NCBI GenBank assembly: GCA_965218795.1
Contig: OZ244653.1
Span: 1,664,001-1,728,000 of the forward strand
From: a bacterium
GTDB lineage: Bacteria > UBA8248 > JACPRG01 > G963555815
Direction of reading: 5' to 3'
DNA: 64,000 bases
Position 1 is the stretch's first letter; each line of letters opens with the position of its first letter. Below, piece after piece: positions 38,845-50,500 of the stretch. A program made the position numbers and the translations under genes. Under the pieces are notes generated by a model. That model ran no database searches and was not told the origin of the DNA. It was given only the letters and a program-made list of their open reading frames with translations.

Positions 38845-39273
38845 CGGCCAACGGGTGGACGGGGTGAAGGGTTACGCCCTCGTCGTCAGGCCGCCCGGTG
38901 TACTCAGACAATCTACAGCGGTACTTGCGTTATCTCCGTCGCTATATGATGGGCAATGACCTCAGGGGCCGGGAGTTTTCCGTTGCCGTTGTCCATGACA
39001 CGTCATCCGCTATGGCAACGATATCTTTGGGAATTATAACGAATAGTCACAATCGATAGGGGGGGCAAGGTGTCGTGATCTTGCAGCAGTCATCCGGTTT
39101 GGCGCTAAACCTGTACCGGACCTGAGTCTGCGGTGCAGGCCCTTTCGCCTTGCCCCCCCATTGAGAATGGGGAGGCGAGGGTTGGAGTAATCGTGAAAAA
39201 CCCGTAAAGGCAATAGATTTCCAGGTGGGAGTTGGTTATATTTGAATTTGCCACCACAAGGAGGAATCGGACA

Positions 39274-39459
39274 ATGGATGAAGATCGGATAATCAAGGAA
39301 ATCAAGGAAGCCCTAGATGTGAGGGTCCGCGCTTTCAAGGAATACTTCGATGAAAGACTCAACAGAATCGATGAAAACCGCAAAGAAGACCGGGGGGTTA
39401 TCCTGGAAGCAATCAGCAAACTCAACGACACAATCATCCGCGAAAGGACGGCGTCATGA
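39274..39459 (+). CDS. Small coiled-coil hypothetical protein
   Basis: AAGGAGG SD; 61 aa. Confidence 0.5.
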   Translation: MDEDRIIKEIKEALDVRVRAFKEYFDERLNRIDENRKEDRGVILEAISKLNDTIIRERTAS

Positions 39460-39660
39460 GCGTTCTTCCTTTTTCTTGGTTTGCCCCAAAATAGGCCGGA
39501 AGAATGCTCGCCGCACGGTTTCCCTGCTTGCCCCCGGCATATCGATCTCGGCTTCCTGTTCCGCCTTGGGCGGTTGATAGTCGGGCGGCGTCATGGAGAT
39601 CGTGCGCGGTTCCGGGGGCGGTTCTTTCTTCTGTTTTGGGCGATTGATCTTCAATCCCAT
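39454..39660 (-). CDS. Small hypothetical protein
   Basis: 68 aa, YQPPKAEQEAEIDMPG; AAGGA upstream. Confidence 0.4.
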   Translation of the reverse strand: MGLKINRPKQKKEPPPEPRTISMTPPDYQPPKAEQEAEIDMPGASRETVRRAFFRPILGQTKKKEERS

Positions 39661-39878
39661 GATCCATCCTTATATAGAATATATTTTGTTTGACTACAAT
39701 GGCCTTCCGATAATATCGGCAGTTTACGCAGCATTCGATCCCGGCCAACGCAACCAAGCCCTCTGATGAAAGAATTCCTGGCTCGCAAGATACAGATGCA
39801 GTCGTCAACACACCGGGTCGCCGAGAGTGGTTCTCCAGCTATCTCGCTCGACAGCTTCGCAACGATGTCCTCGCGCGT

Positions 39879-40586
39879 ATGCTTTCGAACGGTGTCGCAG
39901 AAGTGATGACGGGTCCATTCGCGGGTCTCAAGGTCCCGCCGGGGCTGAAGACGGACAATTTAGCCGCCGCGTATATTCTCGGCACTTACGAACAGCCAGT
40001 CGTTCACCGGATTATGAAGATGCTGTCGCCGCACCGCCCGCGCTTTCTCAACATCGGTTGCGGCTCAGGGTATTTCACCAACGGGGTCGCCTTTGCAGCG
40101 AATGTTGAAACGATCGGCTTCGACACCGATCCTGAGCGGGTGATAAGCGCGGACCTGATACGTGATCTCAATGACCTTGAAACAGCCCGTCATGTTCGAA
40201 CAACCGCACATGAGATCGACTACGCGGACTATATCCGTGAGGGAGATCTTGTCTTGGTCGATATCGAAGGAGCGGAATACGCACTGCTCCAGCCCGAGAA
40301 AACGCCAGCGCTGGTTGGTGCCGACTACATCGTCGAATTGCACAGCAAATATGGCTATGACCAGGACACGGGTCGTCAAGAGATCATACGCCGGTTCGCT
40401 GACACGCATGAGGCCGAGGTGCTGCGACAAAGGCTGGAGTTGGACTACAGCCCGCGTCTTTTTGCTACCTACCCCTGGCTCACCAACTACATGCTGCATG
40501 TTGCCGCCTTTGAATACAGATCCAATCTCCAGAACTGGTTAGTGCTGCGCCGCAAAAAACCCGCCGGCGTTCAGCAAACTTCCTGA
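39879..40586 (+). CDS. SAM-dependent methyltransferase (FkbM-like)
   Basis: LGTYE, LNIGCGSGYF, VDIEGAEY, IVELH. Confidence 0.75.
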   Translation: MLSNGVAEVMTGPFAGLKVPPGLKTDNLAAAYILGTYEQPVVHRIMKMLSPHRPRFLNIGCGSGYFTNGVAFAANVETIGFDTDPERVISADLIRDLNDLETARHVRTTAHEIDYADYIREGDLVLVDIEGAEYALLQPEKTPALVGADYIVELHSKYGYDQDTGRQEIIRRFADTHEAEVLRQRLELDYSPRLFATYPWLTNYMLHVAAFEYRSNLQNWLVLRRKKPAGVQQTS

Positions 40587-41111
40587 ACCGTACCGTATCT
40601 CCTTGAGCGAATCTCAATCGTCTCGACCATCATGGTTCCCTGAACCGGCCCGGTTGAGAACTGATCCGGGTTCATTTTGTACAGAGATGGTAATGTCCTG
40701 ACAGTGCCGCCTCGTTTCCGCGCACAGGCGGGGGGGAAGGTTCGGCGGACAGGATGGGTTGTGAGCGGAATGTGGATTCCCGCCGGAGCCTGCCCCGGAT
40801 GTATCCAGCGGGGGCGGGAATGACGGATTGGGGGGGCCTGTCCCTCATGGCGTGAGCTGGGAAGCGGGACATCCCGGGCAACATCGCCAGGGCCGACGTG
40901 AACCGGCCGAAGAACCTGAAGGGGAAGCAGACGCCCCCGCTTCCGAATCCCAATCCATTTCATCATCGATGGGGACAGGCGCGAGGCGACTCCGGTCACT
41001 GCCGCCAATCTCGATGCAGCCGGACGATCCCTGGAACAGGGCCGCCACCCAGGCGGGGAGTTCAGGCTCGTGTGCATCCGGGTCCCGCAGCCCTGGAAAG
41101 CCGCCGAGCAT

Positions 41112-42302
41112 TTACTCCCTGGCGAACAGGCAAAGGAGAAACCCGCATACGACAATCGCGCCTCCCAGGTAGAAGCCTCCTTCCAGCGACCCCGTGGTAT
41201 CCCGGATCCAGCCGGTCAGCACGGGCGCGACAATTCCCGACAACTGCCCGATACAATTCACGACCCCCATCGTGCTCCCCATGGCCTCGGGCTTGATGCG
41301 GCTCACCCGGTCGCCGATCCAGGCCACCATCACCGGCTCGACCGCCGGCTTGCCCAAAGCGCCGAAGGCTACGAGGGAAACCGCCAGCCACATCCTCGAA
41401 TGGGCGACGGACATCAGGAGGATGGCGGCAACAGCCAGGGGGAAGAGAATCACGCACAGCTTCCTGCGCCCGACCCTGTCGGAGATCCGTCCGACCCAGA
41501 CACTCGCGGGGATGGCCGCCGCGGCGTACAGAGCGGTATAGACGCCGGAATTCGTGAGATTCATGTTCCGTTCCGCCTGGAGGAACGACGGCCCCCAGCT
41601 CACGGCCAGCCAGAACCCGTACAAGGAGCAGAAGTTGGCCAGCATCACGAAGATGACGCTCTTGTCGAAGAAAACGGCGGTGATCTTCGCTTCGGATTTC
41701 TGTCGGGGAATATCCCGGAGGCGGAATCCGTAATAGACAGCGAGGGCCAGAGTCGGGGCCGTGAGGATGATGAACGGAAGCCTCCAGCTCTTCAGCGCGC
41801 CGTACAGCGGCCCGGCCAGGAGCAAGCCGAACCCCAGCCCTACGAACAGCCCGGTGAAAATCACCGCGCCGTTGAACGCGCGGCGCTCGGGGACGGACCG
41901 GGTCAGCATGTATCCGAAAGAACAGGGGAAATAGGCTCCGGCGCCCACGCCGTGAAGGGCCACGAACACGAGAAGAAGCCCGTACGTCACGCCGCCGAAT
42001 GCGATCCCCAACAGGGCGATACCCGCCAGGGCGTAAAATACCGTCAGGGTCTTCCGGTGCCCGAAGCGATCCGCCAGGACGCCGGCTGGAACCTGCATGA
42101 ACGCATAGGTGACGAAGAAGCTGCTCGTGATGGAGCCGATCTGAACTCCGGTCAGAGAGAACTCTTTTCCGATAATGGGCAGGAGGGGATAGAGAGCCGT
42201 CCGGTCGGCGTAAAGGACGGCCCAGCCGAGGAAGAAGACGAGAAGGTATCCGCCGGGTCGAACGCCTTCCGCGGCGGTGGACGGTCCGGCAGGAGATGTC
42301 AT
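41112..42302 (-). CDS. MFS transporter
   Basis: About 12 TM; GVLADRFGHR and GRISDRVGRR motif A. Confidence 0.9.
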   Translation of the reverse strand: MTSPAGPSTAAEGVRPGGYLLVFFLGWAVLYADRTALYPLLPIIGKEFSLTGVQIGSITSSFFVTYAFMQVPAGVLADRFGHRKTLTVFYALAGIALLGIAFGGVTYGLLLVFVALHGVGAGAYFPCSFGYMLTRSVPERRAFNGAVIFTGLFVGLGFGLLLAGPLYGALKSWRLPFIILTAPTLALAVYYGFRLRDIPRQKSEAKITAVFFDKSVIFVMLANFCSLYGFWLAVSWGPSFLQAERNMNLTNSGVYTALYAAAAIPASVWVGRISDRVGRRKLCVILFPLAVAAILLMSVAHSRMWLAVSLVAFGALGKPAVEPVMVAWIGDRVSRIKPEAMGSTMGVVNCIGQLSGIVAPVLTGWIRDTTGSLEGGFYLGGAIVVCGFLLCLFARE

Positions 42303-42413
42303 GCCAGGGTTTCCGGATCGCTGAAGCCAGAATCGCAACATGCTTTTCGAGAAACCATAGCACACACGTACCTTCAAGGATTGTCCCTCGCCGCCGGCCG
42401 GGGGATTCGGGCA

Positions 42414-42812
42414 TCAGGGTTCATTGGGGGATGACGCTTCAGTCTCCACCACCTCCTCCCTCGGCCTGGGCCTCAGCCTCCTGAGGCGAAACTCGCCGTC
42501 CAGCCGGCGGGCGGCGCGGCGGTAGAGCCGCTGCGGAATGGGGTGGGACAAACCCAGATCACGGCCCATCCGACGCCATGCCATAGGTTCGTTTCCCGGC
42601 GGGGGATGACGCCACCATACGATCTGTCGTTCTCGCTCCTCGAGAAGTTCGACCAGTTGCTCGACCTCGATGCAGAAGAGCCGCTTGTAATCCTCAGCCT
42701 GGCTCCTCCTCGCCTCCTGAATCTCCCTTGCGGTCAGACTCTTGAGCAAAGGCGAGGCCGCCGCGGCCTTCTCCTCCCAGTATCTCTCGAAGATTCCATC
42801 CACGTAGCTCAC
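42414..42812 (-). CDS. Sigma70 region 4-like HTH regulator (phage late-regulator-like)
   Basis: LLEERERQIVWWRH..AWRRMGRDLGLSH..YRRAARRL. Confidence 0.55.
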   Translation of the reverse strand: MSYVDGIFERYWEEKAAAASPLLKSLTAREIQEARRSQAEDYKRLFCIEVEQLVELLEERERQIVWWRHPPPGNEPMAWRRMGRDLGLSHPIPQRLYRRAARRLDGEFRLRRLRPRPREEVVETEASSPNEP

Positions 42813-42995
42813 TGGCCCGCTCCATTTCCTCCTGGCAGGATTGACCCTCCTCCGGTCCCAACCGCGTTTCGTCCCAAAAAGGCTGAGAATGGCCGTTCAG
42901 ACAAAACGCCTCCTCGACTGCGCCCTCCAAAGCGAATGCCCGATATATCTGGACGGGAGCGTTGCAATGGGGAAATCCGGGATGGATGCAGCGCT

Positions 42996-44009
42996 TCATG
43001 GGCGCACCCTCTCCGTCCCCTTTTCCCTGCCGGATAACGGAGGCGGATGCGCGCGGGGTTCCCCCGATGGCGTTGCAACGGACCCGATCGACTTCGCCAC
43101 CCGATTGTGGAAGGGCTCGTACATTCGGAACTCATCGAACGCCCCGTCGAACTCTCCCGATCGGTTTCGTTGGATATCCAGAAATTGCGGGATGTAATAG
43201 CGGCCTTCCGAGCCCTCAGCGACCGACGCGGTCAACCTGGCGCGAACATCCGAAATCCGGGCCACCCTCATTCGAATCACCGAGACCACGAATCTCCGGA
43301 ACGGCTTGACGGCCGTCCCTTGAAAACCAATCAGGTATGGCAGGCGATCATCCGGATCGAGAAACAGGAGCTCGTAATATTCACGACACTCCGGGGGGGC
43401 CTCTTGCGACCAGCGCGCGAAGGGGCAGGCGGCCCGCCAGCGGCCGTCGATCATCCGCCCGCAAACACGGCTCGGGGGTTCGCCCCGCCGATCCATCCAG
43501 AAGACAGGATCGGGAACGGAATTATCGGCCGAACGGCAACAGGGGCCGCCTTGGTGATTTTCGGTCCACAGAACCCGCCCCTTCCAGACTCTGAGCGGGA
43601 CAACCTTCAATGCCTGGCGGATACCGCGACCATCGCTCGCATCCGCCGCTCCAGCCAGTTGCAGTTGGAAGAGCCCCGGGACTTCCTCTTCCGAACAAGT
43701 GTTGGGCTGCGTCAACTTGTACCTGGGGATGAAGAAGTCGGTTTCATCCAGGGCTTCACAGCCGGCCGGCCGATCCAGGTATGAAAGAAGGCCTGGCTCT
43801 GTCCTCCGGTTCCATTGATTCGTCGGCCCTTCCGCTGTGGGAGCGGAAGGACGACGGTGGAATTGCGAATTCCCGCGTTCGGCGGACCCAAAGGACTGGG
43901 GCTGACCCGTGCTCACACCGTCTCCTCCGACTCTCATAGCGCCTGCCCTCCTGAATCGAGACTGCCTGTTGCGTTCAAGAACAAGGTCATCCGGAACAGC
44001 AAGTGACAC
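42996..44009 (-). CDS. Phage-type putative ssDNA-binding/recombination protein (start uncertain)
   Basis: FFIPRYKLTQP, RVLW, CCRSAD, ACPFARW, PPECRE, YYIPQF. Confidence 0.5.
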   Translation of the reverse strand: MSLAVPDDLVLERNRQSRFRRAGAMRVGGDGVSTGQPQSFGSAERGNSQFHRRPSAPTAEGPTNQWNRRTEPGLLSYLDRPAGCEALDETDFFIPRYKLTQPNTCSEEEVPGLFQLQLAGAADASDGRGIRQALKVVPLRVWKGRVLWTENHQGGPCCRSADNSVPDPVFWMDRRGEPPSRVCGRMIDGRWRAACPFARWSQEAPPECREYYELLFLDPDDRLPYLIGFQGTAVKPFRRFVVSVIRMRVARISDVRARLTASVAEGSEGRYYIPQFLDIQRNRSGEFDGAFDEFRMYEPFHNRVAKSIGSVATPSGEPRAHPPPLSGREKGTERVRP

Positions 44010-44330
44010 GGGTCAGTTCCTTCCATGCTCGCCCACGGCAAACTGTATGGCAGCCAGGGCCAGCACGGCCTGGATCATCCCAAAGGTTTCCAGCCCGTCT
44101 CTTGCGGCGAGCGCGCAGCATGCAGGACAGAAACACCTGGGAATGAGGACATGGACAGGCTCCATATTTCGCTCCCTTTCCGTTGAGTGTTCAATCGCCA
44201 TAACGGGCCGAAGAATGCCGGACGACCCTCCGCGCCTCGATGCCATGACCGGATGACGAACAAAATACGAATATCATCTTCAAAAAAAATCGGTACATCA
44301 GTCAAAAACGGAGATGGACAAATAACGCAA

Positions 44331-44405
44331 TGTCAAATATGTCATCTTATGACAAAAATGTCAATTGATTTTTTCGAGAAAAAGGGCAATTTTGTCATTA
44401 TGACA
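44331..44405. promoter_or_regulatory. Probable repressor operators
   Basis: TGTCATCTTATGACA (44340-44354) and TGTCATTATGACA (44393-44405), plus extra TGTCA half-sites. Confidence 0.55.
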
Positions 44406-45104
44406 ATCGGGTCTGAAATCAAGAGGTTGCGTCATGCCCGCGGGATGACCCAGCAAATGCTGGCGAAAAAGGCGTCCGTTCAGATCCGCCACATCTCGCG
44501 CCTTGAGAATGACAAACACTCCCCCACAACCGAATTGCTGGAGCGAATCGCCGGGGCCTTGGGCGTATCCCCCCGCGATTTCTGGCCGAAGCCGGTGGCG
44601 GACGGTTCTTACAAGGCTGCCGGCCGACTCAAAGCCGACGGAGATAAACCGACGTCCCCGCCCTGGACGGTCGCCGAAGAGCCGGACACGGCCGAAATCG
44701 GGAGCGGCCGGACTCTCATTCCCGTGGTCGGCCATGTGTCGGGGGGTGAATCGGAAAACCTTTGGGGCGACGGTGACTTTCCGGTTGGCGCGGGATTCGA
44801 TCACATGGCAGGTCCGACCGACCTGACCGAAGCGAACGCCTTCGCGTTGGAAATCCGGGGGGACTCCATGGCGCCGGTGTTCCGGGACGGCGCCATCGTC
44901 ATCGTCTCACCCAACCAGGCCGCCAACTCCGGCGACTTTGCCGTTGTCCGGACGAAGGGGGGCCAGAGTTACTTCAAGATGGTCTGGATTGAATCCGATC
45001 AGGTCCGACTGACGTCCATCAACACCGCCGAGCCGCCCATGGTGTTCGGCAAGGGGGACGTCCGGTGGATCTATCCGGTCGTTTGGGCCAGGCTCCGGCG
45101 GTAG
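44400..45104 (+). CDS. CI/LexA-like repressor (HTH_3 + S24 peptidase)
   Basis: IKRLRHARGMTQQMLA..ISRLEND HTH; IPVVGHVSGG, GDSMAP, YFK. Confidence 0.9.
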   Translation: MTIGSEIKRLRHARGMTQQMLAKKASVQIRHISRLENDKHSPTTELLERIAGALGVSPRDFWPKPVADGSYKAAGRLKADGDKPTSPPWTVAEEPDTAEIGSGRTLIPVVGHVSGGESENLWGDGDFPVGAGFDHMAGPTDLTEANAFALEIRGDSMAPVFRDGAIVIVSPNQAANSGDFAVVRTKGGQSYFKMVWIESDQVRLTSINTAEPPMVFGKGDVRWIYPVVWARLRR

Positions 45105-45238
45105 GCCGGCCCATGAGGGATTCATGACCTGCGGGTTTCAGGAAGCCCCGTTGATGCGGTCCGCGTGATTCTCGTTTTGTCCTTCCCGCCCCCAAACGCT
45201 TCTGTCGGGGAGGGGAAGGACAAACGAACCGGCCAGTG

Positions 45239-45531
45239 CTGGATTCCTGCTTGCGCAGGAATGACAAGCCGGCTTGCCCCGCGGTTTCATGCGGGGGTCA
45301 GCTACCAGCCGGACCGCAGAAATAACGGGTTGGGGGCCTTGTAGCGGGTGCGGAGACCCCACCCCTACATTCTCATTCCTGCCGCTACCCGCCCTCAACC
45401 TGTCGTCGGGAGCAGGGATGTCGCGCGGGAGGTCCGCGTGGCTCGATTCCGTCATTCCTGCGCAAGCTCAACACATGCAGGGGAGGCTCGCAGGAATCCA
45501 TGCAGCACAACGGAGGCTCCACGGAAATGAC
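45239..45531. repeat. CGTC-type palindromic repeats
   Basis: GGATTCCTGCTTGCGCAGGAATGAC; GTCATTCCTGCGCAAGC..GCAGGAATCC. Confidence 0.65.
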
Positions 45532-45796
45532 AAGCCGGGGAGGGCCAAAGGGAAGGCGGCCGGCGACGCATCGCGGCGCGTCGGTGACGGCGCTGTTCCG
45601 AATCACCTGTTCCCTGAGCGCATCGGACCATCACGCATACGTTGACAAAGCAACCTGAAAAAGCTTATCTTTCGGCTCCGGTTCGGGAGGCGGATCGAGT
45701 TCCGTCTCTGGCCAGGCTTCAGGCCGAATGCGATGGATCCACCCGAACCGGAGCCTCGAATCTCCCGGTCCATCCAGCCTGCCTATGGTCCTGCCC

Positions 45797-45962
45797 ATGA
45801 GCGATTCCACGCCAACGGGGGGGGCGCGCGGCCCCGCAATCCGGCGAAAAGTTCGACCGGCTGAAGGTCCTGCTGCGGGAGATGTTCCAACTCGACCGGG
45901 GCGACCTGGACTTCGGCCTCTAGCCGATGTCTACAACCATCTCGCCAATCTCTTCGCACGCC
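45797..45962 (+). pseudogene. Degenerate copy of the mod gene 5' end
   Basis: Matches ~47547-47639, then jumps to ~47878-47915 (NHLAN). Confidence 0.8.
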
Positions 45963-46052
45963 GTCACCTCTCTTGATGCCGGGATTCCGTTTGCTTTGCA
46001 CTCGAATACCGATAAAATGTTACCTATCAGGTAATTGAAATTAGACGATCTC

Positions 46053-46388
46053 GTGGAAATTGCCTTTCGGAACCGAAAGCTCGCTAAAACGTTCAACTCT
46101 GCCGGCGCTCTCCGGGAGGCATACGGCGACCCCATGGCGGGGACGATAATGAATCGCCTCGCGGTTCTCAAGAACGCCAAAACGTTGTCCCTGGTGCCGA
46201 CAACCAAGCCGGAGCGGCGACACCAGCTGAAAGGCAAACGGAAAGAACAGTACGCCGTCGATCTCGTACACCCCCACCGGCTGGTTTTCAAACCAAACCA
46301 TGAACCGCTTCCGCGTAAAGCGGACGGAGGGATCGACACGGATCAGGTAACTGCAATCACCATCATCGAAGTCGTCGATTATCACTGA
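46053..46388 (+). CDS. higB: HigB/RelE-like toxin
   Basis: IAFRNRKL, RRHQLKGKRKEQYAVDL..RLVF, EVVDYH. Confidence 0.85.
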   Translation: MEIAFRNRKLAKTFNSAGALREAYGDPMAGTIMNRLAVLKNAKTLSLVPTTKPERRHQLKGKRKEQYAVDLVHPHRLVFKPNHEPLPRKADGGIDTDQVTAITIIEVVDYH

Positions 46389-46402
46389 AGGAGGGTAACG
46401 AC

Positions 46403-47503
46403 ATGGCGGCGGAGACCCATCAATACCGGCCCGACTACGCCGTCTCGCCGGGAGCTGTTCTGGGGGAGCGCCTTGAGGCGCACGGCATCTCGCACGCCGA
46501 GTTCGCCCGGCGGTGCGGCCGTTCCGCAAAGCTCATCAGCGAGATCATTTCGGGGAAGGCGCCGGTTGAGCCGTGTACTGCGCTGCAATTCGAGAAAGTC
46601 CTGGGAGTCGATGCGGGCATCTGGCTGGGCATTGAAACGGATTATCAGCTCCATCGGGCGCGCGAGGCTGAAACGAAAGAGGCGGAAGCATCCGTTTCCT
46701 GGGCAAAGACGGTTCCTTTTAAGGAATTGGTGAAGCGGGGGCTGATAGAGAAGCCTTCCTCTGATTCGGACGCAGTGTCAAAGCTGCTGGCCTTCTTCGG
46801 GGTCGGATCGGTCGAGGCGTGGCGGATGAAGTACAAACCAATGAACGTCGCGTATCGGCATTCGTCCAGCTTTGCGAGCGATGGAACGGCGCTGGCAGCG
46901 TGGCTCCGGCTTGGCGAACTGGAGGCGGAACAGCAGGAGTGCGCCGATTACGATAAGGCTCGGTTCAAGCGGGCGTTGAGGGAGATCCGCGGACTTACGC
47001 GAACGCCGGTAGTGCGCGCCCTGAGACAGGCGCAGCAACTCTGCAACGCCGCCGGCGTTGTACTGGCGCTGATCAAACCTTTCCCGAGGACCGTTCTCAG
47101 CGGCGCCGCTTGGTGGCTGACCCCTCGGAAGGCCGTGATTGCCCTCAGCGCACGCCATAAGACGGACGATCACTTGTGGTTCAGCCTGTTCCACGAGGCG
47201 GCCCACGTCCGCCTGCACAGCAAAAAGAACATCTTTATCGACGGGACGGAAGCGAATGAGGAGACCGCTGACATCGAGTCGAAAGCCGATCAATGGGCCT
47301 CGAATTTTCTCATCCCGCATGGCGACTGGAAGCAGTTTGTTACGTCACGCCCTCTTGGCGAGACGGCTGTTCGCCGGTTCGCCGATGAGCAGGAAATAGC
47401 CCCGGGCATCATTGTCGGAAGGCTCCAGCATGAAGGCCGCCGGTCCTGGCAGACCCCTTTGAACAAATTGAAAGCGCGGCTGAGGTGGAAGGCGGCATCA
47501 TGA
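46403..47503 (+). CDS. higA: HigA-type HTH antitoxin fused to an ImmA/IrrE metallopeptidase
   Basis: AVSPGAVL HTH; WFSLFHEAAH; ESKAD. Confidence 0.85.
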   Translation: MAAETHQYRPDYAVSPGAVLGERLEAHGISHAEFARRCGRSAKLISEIISGKAPVEPCTALQFEKVLGVDAGIWLGIETDYQLHRAREAETKEAEASVSWAKTVPFKELVKRGLIEKPSSDSDAVSKLLAFFGVGSVEAWRMKYKPMNVAYRHSSSFASDGTALAAWLRLGELEAEQQECADYDKARFKRALREIRGLTRTPVVRALRQAQQLCNAAGVVLALIKPFPRTVLSGAAWWLTPRKAVIALSARHKTDDHLWFSLFHEAAHVRLHSKKNIFIDGTEANEETADIESKADQWASNFLIPHGDWKQFVTSRPLGETAVRRFADEQEIAPGIIVGRLQHEGRRSWQTPLNKLKARLRWKAAS

Positions 47504-50500
47504 GCGGCCCAACGGCGTCAAGAGCGGGGAGGGAGGGGATACAGCAGGCCCCGCAATCCGGGGAAAAGTTCGACCGGCTGAAGGCCCTGCTGCGGGAGAT
47601 GTTCCAACTCGACCGGGGCGACCTCGATTTCGGCCTGTACCGGATCATGAGCCTGAAGGCCGGCGAGATCGCGGCGTTCCTCGACGACGCCCTGCTGCCG
47701 CAGGTGAAGACGACGCTGGCGGGGATCGCAGACGACGATCGGGCCGCACTGGAAAAGGAGCTCGAAGCCGCGCTCGCGGCGGCCCGGGACCTGGGAGGCA
47801 TCGATCCGGAAAAGACCGAGAAGGTCAAGGGCTTGCGCGCGCAACTGGCCGAAGCGCGGGCGGACGCGGAAGCCGAGGCGGACGTCTGCAACCACCTCGC
47901 CAACTTCTTCGCCCGCTACTACGACGGAGGCGATTTCATGTCGCTACGCCGCTATTCGGGCGGCGGGGGATCGGCCTATCTGATCCCCTACGACGGCGAG
48001 GAAGTGAAGCTGCACTGGGCCAACGCGGACCAGTACTACGTCAAGACCACGGAGAACTACGCCTCCTACGCCTTCACGGTCGAAGAAGGCCGGCGCGTCC
48101 GGTTCGAGATCGCGGCGGCGGACAACGAGAAGGACAACGTCAAGGAAGCCGACGGCAAACAGCGCCGCTTCGCGCTCGCCGGCGGCAAGGGCGTCGTCGA
48201 AGGCGACGATCTGGTCGTCCGATTCGAGCACCGGCCCCTGACGGAGAGCGAGAAGAAGAACTGGCCCGGCAACAGGCAGCAGGGCCGGATGAACGAGGCG
48301 GCAGTCGAGCGGATTCTGAACGCGGTGGACCCGGACTGGCGGGCTCTGCTGGCCGCGCCGGCCCCGACGGAGGCCGACCCCGAGCGCACGGCGCTGGCCA
48401 AGCACGTCGAACGCTACACGGCCAAGAACAGCTTCGACTATTTCATCCACAAGGACCTGGGCGGGTTCCTGCGCCGCGAACTGGACCTCTACCTGAAAAC
48501 CGAAGTCCTGAACCTGGACGACCTGGCGCTTGGCGACGCCGCCCGGCTGCGCCGGGCGCTGGCGCGCGTGCGCACCGTCCGCCGCGTGGCCGAAAAGATC
48601 ATCGCTTTCCTGGCGCAGTTGGAAGACTTCCAGAAGCGGCTCTGGCTCAAGAAGAAGTTCGCGCTGGAAACGCAGTATTGCGTCACGCTCGACCGGGCGC
48701 CGGAAACGCTCTATCCCGAGATAGCCGCCAACGCGGCGCAGCGCGAGGAATGGGTCGAGCTGTTCGCCATCGACGAGATCGCTGGCGACCTCGGCAACGG
48801 CAACGCGGGCTACGGCGAGCCGCTGAGCGTCGGGTTTCTCAAGGCCAACCCCTTCCTGGTCCTGGACACGCGGCATTTCGACGCGGATTTCACGGACCGG
48901 CTTCTGGCGGCCCTGTCCGACGCCGGACCGCTGGACGAACAGATGGACGGATTGCTCGTTCACGGCGAGAACTTCCAGGTGCTGAACCTGTTGCAGGCGC
49001 GTTACGCGGAGCAGATTCAGTGTGTGTACATCGACCCGCCGTACAACACGGGTAGCGACGGTTTCATTTATCGCGACCAGTATCAGCACTCCACTTGGCT
49101 TACAATGTTGAATAACAGACTGCCGATAACTCGAAGACTTCTTTCTACAAACGGTATATTCTTTTCTCGCATTGACGAAATTGAACAACCACTTCTGAGA
49201 TTGCTTCTGGATAACAACTTTGGTGGGACTAATCGCATCGCAAACATGGTATGGAAGGGAGCGACCGACAATAACCCAACGCGCATTGCGACGGAACACG
49301 AGTATCTGGTTTGGTACGCCAAAGAACTCTCGAATGTCTCATCGGTATGGAAGAGCTCCGTTGTCGATGCAAAGAACCTATTGCTGGAGGAGTGGGAACG
49401 CCTCCGTAGATCGTACAATAAGTTATCCGAAATTCAGACTCAGTATCGAAGGTTCATTAGGCACAATAGAGAAATATTGTCTCCACTCACCCACTATGAT
49501 CGTATCGACGAAGAAGGACCATACACTGGTGGACGGAAAGTTCATAACCCAGGCAAGGAAGGATATCGCTATGATGTGACACACCCGAAGACGGGTAACC
49601 CATGCGTACAGCCAGCGAGAGGCTATCGGTTTCCGCCCGACACCATGAAAAGGCTACTTGACCAAGACAAGATTATCTTTGGTGACGACGAGAATCAGAT
49701 CATCCAGATCAAGGAATACTTGCGGGATTATGACGGTGGATTGAAGGGCCTGATCGAACTAGACGGAAGAGTCGGTGCGAATGTGTTGGAATCGTTGTTT
49801 GGCTCACGAGAGGTGTTCAAGAATCCCAAGCCCGTCGAACTGCTCGTCAATCTACTTGGTTTCGCTGCGTTCCCAGGTCAGCACGTCTTGGATTTCTTGG
49901 CCGGTTCGGGGACCACTGGCCACGCGGTCATCGACCTGAATCGTCAAAATGGTGGAAGGCGCAAATACATCCTGGTCGAGATGGGAGAGCATTTCGACGC
50001 GGTGATGTTGCCTCGCCTCAAGAAGGTCGTCCATTCGCCGGACTGGAGGGCCGGCAAGCCGGTATCGCGTGACGGTTCCACGCAATTCTTCAAATATGTC
50101 CGCCTGGAATCCTACGAGGACACGCTGGACGGCCTGGAGCTGACGCCGCCGGTCTCCGCGCAACAGGATTTGCCAGCGCGGAATCCCGCGCTGGCCGAGG
50201 ATTACCGCCTGCGTTACGCCCTCGGCGTGGAAACGGTCGGCAGTCCCTGTCTGCTGGGCAAGGATTTCGTTGATCCCCTCGCCTACACGCTCTCCGTCGT
50301 GCGCGACGGCGCGCGCCGCGAAGTCCCGGTGGACCTGCCCGAGACCTTCAACTGGCTGATCGGCCTGCGCGTCGAGTCCCGCCGAAGAATCGACGGCGTG
50401 CTCGCCATCGCGGGCGCGGACCCCGAGGGGCGCAAGTGCCTGATCCTCTGGCGCAGCCTTGAGGAGACCGACAACGCCGCGCTGGAAGCATGGTTCGCCC

